This document shows positions 52,572 to 59,578 of a stretch of DNA of 59,578 nt, one piece after another. The notes beneath the pieces are model-generated. The model did no database searches and was not told the DNA's origin. It was given only the letters and a program-made list of their open reading frames with translations. How positions within the stretch are numbered: the first letter of the stretch is position 1; the number at the start of each line of letters is the position of its first letter. A program made the translations under genes and the position numbers. Source of the DNA: a virus (taxonomy: Duplodnaviria; Caudoviricetes); the IMG/VR virus record IMGVR_UViG_3300006802_000106, positions 1 to 59,578 of that record; one strand, 5' to 3'.

Positions 52572-54437
52572 CTACGCACTGTAGTTGTAGTTGGTGTTCG
52601 TGCTCTCGCTCTGAGCGTTCGAGTTGGACCAGCTGTTGGCAGTACTCCACGAGCTGTTGTAGCTGGTCGACCAGTGGATCGCGTTGAGCGCCGACGCACC
52701 AAGCTGGGCATTAACTTGCGCCCCGACCTTGGCCGCGTCAATAGCGATGGATCGGGTGGACAAGTACAGCTGGGCGTTCGCCTCGGCCGCCTTGATGCCA
52801 ATCTCCGACACCCGCTGCGCCTGATCCAGCGCGGCCTGCCATTGGCGCGTGAGCACTTCGTTGTAGGCCGAGGTGCCGCGAACCGTCGCCTCATAACTGA
52901 GGGTTAGGGACTGATTGAACGCTGTCGTCGCCTGTGCCCGGGCTGCCTCGCCCTGATAGGCGGCGGTGAACGCGGCCCACTCCTCGGTCTTGGCGGCGAG
53001 CAGTCCCTTGAACTCCTCGATCCGGGCCATGATCTGCTTGCTGCCGGCATCGACGGTCGCCGTGTAGGCGCTGACCTTGGACTGGTACGCCTCCTGCTTG
53101 GCGCCCTCGGCCTGCACGCTCGCACGGAACCCCTCGACACCGGCCGTGTAGGCGTTGATCTTGGCGACGTATCCACGGACCTGCTCGCCAAAGATTTCGA
53201 CCTTCAGCTTCTCGATCTCGGCCTTGGTGCGGATGCCGTTGAGCCGCGCCTCGTAGACGGTAATCGCCGAGAGGGCTGCATCGACCTGCACCTTGTACTG
53301 GGCGATCAGTGCCGAGTTGACCTGCGCCTTGGCTTCCTCGGCGGCGATCTCGGCCCGGTACGCCTCGACCTTCGCGACCTCTCCGCGCCACTGGGCCTCG
53401 TAGATCGCAACCTTGGTCTTGTATGCGTCGACGTAGGCCGAGTACGCCTGCACCTTGGCGTTGTAGATCGCGATGCCGGCCTCGGTGGCGTATTTGGTCG
53501 CATCGAACAGGCGCTGCTCGACTTGGTTGTTGTACGAGATCAGGGCCTGCTCAAGGGTCGTGGCCGTCTGCATCGACAGCTCGATGTTCTTCAGATGCAG
53601 GTCTGCCTGTTTGATCATGATCTCCCGGCTGATGCCGGCGATCGTGTAGTCGCTCTCCAGCTCGACCTTGAGCCGGGCGTCGAGATACGCACCCGGGGGG
53701 AAGCTGTAGCCCAGCTCGGACATACGATCCAGCTGGTCCAGATTGTCTTGCTTCTGGCGATACTCCCGCTCGCGCCCACGATCCCACAGCGCCGTCTCGA
53801 CGTCGGCAGGAAGGCCGGTGTCGAAGCCGCTCTCGATCGCGCTCTGCAATCGCGTACGCAGCGCATCGAGCAGGTTGGACTGGTACCCTGACCCGGGGGC
53901 GTACGGAACCACGTCGGGCGCTACGGCGGTCAGCGCCGGGATGGTGGTGTCGATGGCGTCCGGTGCCGTCACGCCGCTGAACGGCGTGACGCTGAGCGAC
54001 AGTAGAGAGGGTGGTGCTGGGAGGTCGACTGTGAGGCCCGGGTCGGCGTACGTGACATTCACGCCCGGCGCCGACGGGGCAGCCTCGCTGAACGGCACCG
54101 GGGCGCTCGGGAAGTTCAGCGCCGGGGGGTCCTCGTCGAACGGCTCCGGCATCAGACCTGAGACGTCGAGGGAGCCGACAAAGGCGTCCGGAGCGTCCGG
54201 AGACACCCACGCGACATCCGTCAGCGTCGGCGGCGAGACCGTGATCGGGAGGGGCGCGCTACTGGGGTTCGGGAATACCGGGGTGATGACCGTCGGCGTC
54301 ATGCTCGCAGCGAGCGTACCCAGCTGGAGGATGAAGTTCTCGGTGGCGTCCGTCCGACTGTTGACGTACGCAGCGATACCGTCAGGATCACCAATGTAAT
54401 CCCCGGGGTCGTTCGGTGGGTTCAACAAGAAGGGCAT
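52572..54437 (-). CDS. virion/tail protein (Pro-rich N-terminus, long coiled coil)
   Basis: Composition and late-operon context. Confidence 0.7.
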   Translation of the reverse strand: MPFLLNPPNDPGDYIGDPDGIAAYVNSRTDATENFILQLGTLAASMTPTVITPVFPNPSSAPLPITVSPPTLTDVAWVSPDAPDAFVGSLDVSGLMPEPFDEDPPALNFPSAPVPFSEAAPSAPGVNVTYADPGLTVDLPAPPSLLSLSVTPFSGVTAPDAIDTTIPALTAVAPDVVPYAPGSGYQSNLLDALRTRLQSAIESGFDTGLPADVETALWDRGREREYRQKQDNLDQLDRMSELGYSFPPGAYLDARLKVELESDYTIAGISREIMIKQADLHLKNIELSMQTATTLEQALISYNNQVEQRLFDATKYATEAGIAIYNAKVQAYSAYVDAYKTKVAIYEAQWRGEVAKVEAYRAEIAAEEAKAQVNSALIAQYKVQVDAALSAITVYEARLNGIRTKAEIEKLKVEIFGEQVRGYVAKINAYTAGVEGFRASVQAEGAKQEAYQSKVSAYTATVDAGSKQIMARIEEFKGLLAAKTEEWAAFTAAYQGEAARAQATTAFNQSLTLSYEATVRGTSAYNEVLTRQWQAALDQAQRVSEIGIKAAEANAQLYLSTRSIAIDAAKVGAQVNAQLGASALNAIHWSTSYNSSWSTANSWSNSNAQSESTNTNYNYSA

Positions 54438-54456
54438 GATCGGTCCTCGCTCGTGG

Positions 54457-55629
54457 TCACCTTACAACATCCTGAATGCCTCGTCCAACGTCAGGGATTG
54501 GGTCGAACTGCTCGTCCCGCAACCACGGTACCGTCTCCACGTCGGACAGGTGCGGCAGTTCCCACTCCAGAACGTCCTCAGCGTGGTAGACCGCCATCCA
54601 TTTGACGAAGTTGTAGTCGCCGACGACCGGCAGGGCCATGCCGAACCAGTGGGTATGGCTGACCGTGGTGGCGTACTCGTACAGTTGGGAGAGATGAACC
54701 GGAGCGTCGGACCGTCTCACATCCAGCCCTTTGGCCGCAACAGCGACACGTTGGTCCGGAACGTACCGCATGGCAATCTGGACCTTGTCGATGAACGCTG
54801 CCGCGCCGTTGACGCTGAGCGGTAGATCGACAGCGTAACGCTGCAGTATGTCGTACGTGATAGCGCCTTGGGGGAGATCAGGTATCTGGACGCCTCGTGC
54901 GACCCGCACATTCTCCTCGCCCGGGTTACTCACCGCTTCAAGGATCAGTTCCTTGCTCTGGATCGGCGCGATGGCAGCCTGATCAGACCCGCCCCCAGAC
55001 GGCTCTCCCTGCCCGGTCGCGCCAACGACGACCACGATGCCCCCTTTGTACGCGTCATCCGTAAACAGCGAGGACCACACATCGTAAAGTCGCCCGACAG
55101 CGATCGGGTGTTCGCCCTCGATCCACGGATACGAGCCGGTAAAATTACTTGGAACCCCGTGCCCGACCAACCCTTTGGTCTCTCTGGTCGCGGTCTGAGC
55201 GATGTACGAAATGTCCACGGCCCCAAGTCCGGAGAATATGTTGGGGAACTGCTGTGTCTCACCCAATATCGTGTAGACATCGTCGATGAAATTCAGGTAG
55301 ATAATCGCTTCCCGGACCTTCTTCCGGCGACGGAGCTTCTCGATGATCTCCGGGGCGACCTTCATGTTGATGATCTCTTGGCCGTTGATGTTGGTGTACA
55401 TCATGTCGAGACCTTCGACAGACGCGTACCCGCGCTGAACACCGACAACGCTCAGCTCGTATTGCTGCTGCTGAGCAGCCCGGAACCGGTTCAGCTCCCC
55501 AAGAAACGTGTTCACGATCGCGTAGGCGAGGGGTGATCCCCGATCCACGCCGTCAATCCGGACGACCGTGGGCTGCTTGATAGTCTGGGGGTAAAGGGCG
55601 GTGCCCTTCTGGGTCGGAAGACTAGACAT
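54457..55629 (-). CDS. putative tail protein
   Basis: 390 aa, coupled to the upstream gene. Confidence 0.6.
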   Translation of the reverse strand: MSSLPTQKGTALYPQTIKQPTVVRIDGVDRGSPLAYAIVNTFLGELNRFRAAQQQQYELSVVGVQRGYASVEGLDMMYTNINGQEIINMKVAPEIIEKLRRRKKVREAIIYLNFIDDVYTILGETQQFPNIFSGLGAVDISYIAQTATRETKGLVGHGVPSNFTGSYPWIEGEHPIAVGRLYDVWSSLFTDDAYKGGIVVVVGATGQGEPSGGGSDQAAIAPIQSKELILEAVSNPGEENVRVARGVQIPDLPQGAITYDILQRYAVDLPLSVNGAAAFIDKVQIAMRYVPDQRVAVAAKGLDVRRSDAPVHLSQLYEYATTVSHTHWFGMALPVVGDYNFVKWMAVYHAEDVLEWELPHLSDVETVPWLRDEQFDPIPDVGRGIQDVVR

Positions 55630-57451
55630 GCCGTGTCGGCCAGAGAGGCACGAACTCCAACGTGTCGAGATCGAAGTCTTCCCCGCGACCGATCAGTTCG
55701 AACGCGAAGTACCTCGCCCGTAGTCCCTTCCCTGTCTTGACCTTGGTGGTGCGTCCACTGACCGTATTGACCCCGTAGTCGTAGGTCCGCCCGTCGCCGG
55801 CGATCAGTCGGAGGATGTACTCGCCCTCCCCGCGCATGGCGATGTAGGCGCCGGCGATGCCAGCCAGCTTGGTACTGTTGAACTGCAGCATCCCGGACCG
55901 GATCACGGAGACGATATCATCGCCATCGTCGTCGTCCCCATTTAACTCGTAGAGCCCGTCAGACGACGCAGCGAGGTACTTCGACCCGATCTTGGCAAAG
56001 CTGTTGAAGTTGAAGTTGGTGTACTCGGTCGTCGCGTTGGTCTGGGTATTCGTCGCCCATGCCGTGACGCCGCCATCCGGCGCGACGAACGCCGCTGAAA
56101 TCTCGAATGCCTCCGAAAGTTCCGGCCGCAGTATCGCGCCGATCGCCTGCGTCATAGTGACGTCGATGTCCTCGTCGAGATCGACCCGAAGCACCAGTTG
56201 AGGCGTCAACGTACCGGTGATGCCGACACCTTCCGAAACAGCTCTCCCGGTGAGGTAGAGTTGCCCCAGCGTGGAACCCATTCCGATGGTCTCGGTCAAC
56301 TCGCCACCGAAGAAGTTGCTCAGGCCGTCCGACAGCAGCAGACTTTCCAGCAGAGCGAACCCGTACTTCGCGGCCGGACCGACGGTCTCGACGATCCCCA
56401 GACGCTCCAGCACGAGCAGAGCACTTACGGCGGTGACGGCTGGCGCGAAGCCGATCCCTTGCGTGATGGTCGCCGGGAACGCTGTCGACAGAAGGTCCGT
56501 CAGCCGCGCCGCCTCCACCGTCGAGACGCCATAAGTGCCGTTAGGCAAGGCCGCATCCTGCTGACGAATAACCTCCCTGACGACGGCGCCCGGAAGCCAC
56601 GTCCGAGCAGCGACCGGCGCGAGACCAACTCCCGCCGCAAGCGTAAGCCCGAACGCAGGATGCATCGCCTCTCCATGGGCGATCATGTCGGCAAGTGTTG
56701 CGCCGGCGACCCAGCCGGGCGGGACAGTTTCGGAAATACCGAGATCGTCGAAAATCCCGGGACGAAGAACCCCCAGATCATCCGACTTGTACGTGTAGAC
56801 CCCGGTAGTGAGGCCGGTCACGATCGCCGCTGAGGACACGTTGGTGTCCAGCGTCTCGTTACCTACAGCATAGGCCAGCTTGATAGTGTTCCCCCCGGAG
56901 AACGACCCGGCTACCGGCGCGAACACTATCTCGATGTACCCGGAGCGAAGGCGGTAGGCGACCCGGACGGCGTTGACCGTGCCGGCCGTATCCTTGCGAT
57001 GTGTCCAGATGATGATCGCTTCTTCGGCAGTCTGCCGCATCTTGAAGTCGGCGGTGATGTGGTAGTCGACCTCGGTGTTCACCGCCCCAAGCGCAAGGAA
57101 CGGTTTCTCTGTCGGCGCCATAGTATACCGGAATATATTGCTGAGGCCGAAACTGGCCGCAAATGAGGCTGTAAGCACAGGTGGTGGAGCGTCGAAAAGC
57201 ATTAGAGGCCCGCCCTGTGCGAACAGCACGTAACGCGCGGTGCCACCATCGACCGGAGAGAAGTCCAGCTCGAAGAAATCGGTCTGGTTGTACGTGGTGC
57301 TCATCACGTAGTCGGTGCCAGAGCCTCCAACACCGATCGCCGCCGCCCACGTCTCGTAGGCATCGTCGGCGTCCGCGTATGTCGCCGCACCGTCCTCCAC
57401 GAAATTGGTGTAGGCGACCCGCGACGACTGCGGCTCGGTGAAGTCAGTCAT
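55622..57451 (-). CDS. tail protein
   Basis: C-terminal TEYTNFNFNSFA...GLYEL.GD...GKGLRARYFAF pattern. Confidence 0.7.
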   Translation of the reverse strand: MTDFTEPQSSRVAYTNFVEDGAATYADADDAYETWAAAIGVGGSGTDYVMSTTYNQTDFFELDFSPVDGGTARYVLFAQGGPLMLFDAPPPVLTASFAASFGLSNIFRYTMAPTEKPFLALGAVNTEVDYHITADFKMRQTAEEAIIIWTHRKDTAGTVNAVRVAYRLRSGYIEIVFAPVAGSFSGGNTIKLAYAVGNETLDTNVSSAAIVTGLTTGVYTYKSDDLGVLRPGIFDDLGISETVPPGWVAGATLADMIAHGEAMHPAFGLTLAAGVGLAPVAARTWLPGAVVREVIRQQDAALPNGTYGVSTVEAARLTDLLSTAFPATITQGIGFAPAVTAVSALLVLERLGIVETVGPAAKYGFALLESLLLSDGLSNFFGGELTETIGMGSTLGQLYLTGRAVSEGVGITGTLTPQLVLRVDLDEDIDVTMTQAIGAILRPELSEAFEISAAFVAPDGGVTAWATNTQTNATTEYTNFNFNSFAKIGSKYLAASSDGLYELNGDDDDGDDIVSVIRSGMLQFNSTKLAGIAGAYIAMRGEGEYILRLIAGDGRTYDYGVNTVSGRTTKVKTGKGLRARYFAFELIGRGEDFDLDTLEFVPLWPTRHV

Positions 57452-57465
57452 TCATCGCTCCAGAC

Positions 57466-58017
57466 TTAGACGGAGCTGGCACCGAAAGTGTAGGTGATGA
57501 GCAGCTGATCGTCGTCCTCGACGGCCTTGGCGCTGGAGAACCGGGCCGCAGAAATCAGCGTGCCGGTAGTCGCGCTTTTGGCCGAAGCCGACACGAGAAA
57601 GGCGCCGTAGACCGTCTTGGTGGCGTTTATGGTGAACGTCGCCCGGCTGGCCGCATTGGTGATCGACTGGCTTGAGGCCGCAGCTTCGACGTACGCCTGC
57701 CGAGTGCTCTCGTCATAGGCCGTACATTCGGTCGCCGCCGAGGTGATGGTCGCCGCCGTCACGGTCGCGACCGGCGTGTAATTGCCCTCGAACAGCCCAA
57801 TATACCACGTGGTGATCTGAGCCGTAGCGTGGAACATGATGTCGAGGATCGCGTTGAGACCCTCGTTCACGACGAGGTTTTTGTCCTCCCACTCGTCGAT
57901 CAGCTTCCCGTCACGGAAATGCTGGCCGCCCCAGACGCCGCGAACGCCGATGATCCCCTGCTGCTCGGGCATAAGGACACCGCCAGCGCTTTCATGGTAG
58001 TTGGTCTGCATCTTCAC
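57466..58017 (-). CDS. structural/tail-fibre-associated protein
   Basis: NLVVNEGLN..LD...WYIGL...TVYGAFL...GTL.SAARF pattern. Confidence 0.75.
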   Translation of the reverse strand: MKMQTNYHESAGGVLMPEQQGIIGVRGVWGGQHFRDGKLIDEWEDKNLVVNEGLNAILDIMFHATAQITTWYIGLFEGNYTPVATVTAATITSAATECTAYDESTRQAYVEAAASSQSITNAASRATFTINATKTVYGAFLVSASAKSATTGTLISAARFSSAKAVEDDDQLLITYTFGASSV

Positions 58018-59072
58018 GCTCCTCTGAAACGGACGATCTCAGCGTCCAAGTAGTCGCCAATCCGAGCATTGGAAACCGGAGAGCCTCCGCTGTCCAGCAC
58101 ACTCACGTACTGGTTGACGCCGTCTTGTCGACGAAACATCGCCGCCGCTCGAACCGCATCCGGGAAAATCACCCGCGTCTGCGTCAAATTGTAGCATACG
58201 CCCCCATTCATGCCAACGCAAAGCCCTGCTTCGGTCATGAACATCACGGCGGCCTTAGCCTCCTGAACCGCACCGGCAGGCGTGCCAAGATTGATCAGTT
58301 CGCCCGGAACCGCCACGGCCGATCCAGCGATGGCGCCGACGTCCAGTATTGGCATCCGCTTGGGCGGGAACTGCCCGGCCTGCAAGAAATAGACGGCCGT
58401 CTCGGTGCCAATGAAAATTCCGTCGTCGACCGCCGCCATGAAGGTATTGTCGGCCTCGAACTGGAGGAAATTCTTCGTCCGATCAACGACCCCGTAAAGG
58501 TATGGCTCGGTCGCCCACACCAGCCGGCGCGACGCCGCCCAGATACGGCCGTTCAGATAGGCCAGAGAGGTCGCTTTAGGCGGGTCTCCGAGGAGCTTTC
58601 CCTTGACCGGCGCCAAGGTAGCTGTCGGGCTCACAACCGGCGAATACCACAGCCCGTCCGGCCCGATCGCTCCCCACGGAGAAACACTCATCCCGGAGAG
58701 GATGCCATTGATGTCCTCTGACGAAAAGTACGTCTGCTCCCCCACAGTGACGTACGCGATCGGTTTAGGCCCGGCTCCAGACACGATCGGCGTGAACGTG
58801 TAATCCGTCGAGACGTGTCCGAGCACACCGTCCTTGACTGCGTACATCCCCCCCGGGATGGTGCAGGCACTGTGGAAATCCCCGTCCAGAACCTTGGTGC
58901 GTCCACGACGCCGACGCGGCTGCCCGACGTCATCCAGATCAATGTTCTGAGCCCGGACCAGATCAGCCGGCCCAAGACGCTCCTCTCCGACGGTGTTCTT
59001 GACCCCATCGAACTTGGAGAACGAGAGCGTCTCCGGGCGTTGGTCCCGAGGGTCTCGGCGGAACATCGGCAT
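58014..59072 (-). CDS. tail (nozzle/stabilisation-like) beta-propeller protein
   Basis: FDGVKN...AQNIDLDD.G..RRR.G start typical of podovirus tail proteins. Confidence 0.65.
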   Translation of the reverse strand: MPMFRRDPRDQRPETLSFSKFDGVKNTVGEERLGPADLVRAQNIDLDDVGQPRRRRGRTKVLDGDFHSACTIPGGMYAVKDGVLGHVSTDYTFTPIVSGAGPKPIAYVTVGEQTYFSSEDINGILSGMSVSPWGAIGPDGLWYSPVVSPTATLAPVKGKLLGDPPKATSLAYLNGRIWAASRRLVWATEPYLYGVVDRTKNFLQFEADNTFMAAVDDGIFIGTETAVYFLQAGQFPPKRMPILDVGAIAGSAVAVPGELINLGTPAGAVQEAKAAVMFMTEAGLCVGMNGGVCYNLTQTRVIFPDAVRAAAMFRRQDGVNQYVSVLDSGGSPVSNARIGDYLDAEIVRFRGA

Positions 59073-59578
59073 CAGGGGGAACCCCTCGACATCAGGGCCT
59101 TTCGGGCGGCGTTATACTGCTCGACGCATCGCCGCAGATGTCCCCGGTCCCGCTCCATTTGGGCAGCGACGACTGCAAGAATTGCCGCATCATCAGCGTA
59201 CAGCTCCCCTCCGGAGCAAGTTCCGGGACGTCCATCGGCGGCAACTGCGGAGGCGGCGGGATGTCCGCCTGCCCCGCCGGGCCGTGCGTTACGGTCCCGC
59301 CGCAACTGGTCAAGAGCAAGATTGAGATCAGCAGTGAGACGTGCTTCACGAGCTTTACCTTTCGCTTCAATCGCCTCGGCGTCGGCGCGGAGCTGGTCCT
59401 CCGTGGCACGGTATTCCGCGCCCTTCTTCGCGAGCTTGTCTGCCCACGCGCGCTTGTCGTCGTTCCAATCGGACTGGACCTTGGCTTCTCCGGCCGCGAA
59501 CCGTCGATCACCGTACGCATCGACCTGCCACCAGACGACGCCGATCAGCACCGCCACGGCAACTACTACCCCGATGAG
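59072..59578 (-). CDS. Rz: i-spanin (Rz-like); true start at position 53 across the junction
   Basis: N-terminal TM, coiled coil, C-terminal L..C..QY; contains an embedded lipoprotein gene. Confidence 0.8.
   Translation of the reverse strand, partial: LIGVVVAVAVLIGVVWWQVDAYGDRRFAAGEAKVQSDWNDDKRAWADKLAKKGAEYRATEDQLRADAEAIEAKGKAREARLTADLNLALDQLRRDRNARPGGAGGHPAASAVAADGRPGTCSGGELYADDAAILAVVAAQMERDRGHLRRCVEQYNAARKALMSRGSP
59092..59349 (-). CDS. Rz1: embedded o-spanin lipoprotein (Rz1-like)
   Basis: AAAGG RBS and GTG; MKHVSLLISILLLTS-C lipobox; Pro-rich mature part; alternate frame inside Rz. Confidence 0.8.
   Translation of the reverse strand: MKHVSLLISILLLTSCGGTVTHGPAGQADIPPPPQLPPMDVPELAPEGSCTLMMRQFLQSSLPKWSGTGDICGDASSSITPPERP
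59568..59578. repeat. 11-bp terminal direct repeat, copy 2
   Basis: Identical to 1..11. Confidence 0.9.

Noticed and set aside
1-59578. tRNA, rRNA, IS elements, introns, inteins, reverse transcriptase/DGR
   Set aside because: None recognised by eye; tRNAscan-SE and Infernal would be needed to exclude small RNAs

Overview
The window is essentially a complete, circularly permuted ~59.57 kb high-GC dsDNA tailed phage genome with podovirus-like architecture. The host is Gram-negative (embedded spanin pair) and possibly alphaproteobacterial, which is inference only. The first and last 11 nt are identical (ACCCCGATGAG) and the i-spanin gene reads through the join. The minus strand (52.1 kb to end, then 1-22.2 kb) carries terminases, portal, scaffold, an N4-gp56-type capsid, an adaptor, a 2771-aa polyvalent internal-virion protein, tail/fibre genes and spanins. 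The plus strand (22.6-52.1 kb) carries a repeat-rich non-coding block, about 25 small early genes, a MoxR-AAA/vWA/DUF3150-like trio, a GH19 endolysin, a family A DNA polymerase split by a -1 frameshift, nucleotide-metabolism genes, nucleases, a SNF2 helicase and an AEP-DUF927 primase-helicase. No integrase, ParA/ParB, RNA polymerase, tRNA or CRISPR array was recognised. The most notable unexplained signals are: (i) about 11 copies of a dyad TTTGT(T/G)AC-N3/4-GT(A/C)ACAAA confined to intergenic spaces of the early region, with co-varying arms; (ii) a single consensus chromosomal-type parS site beside a promoter in a phage lacking ParB; (iii) an L,D-transpeptidase-like domain embedded in the giant virion protein; (iv) two promoter classes with conserved spacers. 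All family assignments come from motif recognition by eye, not database searches.
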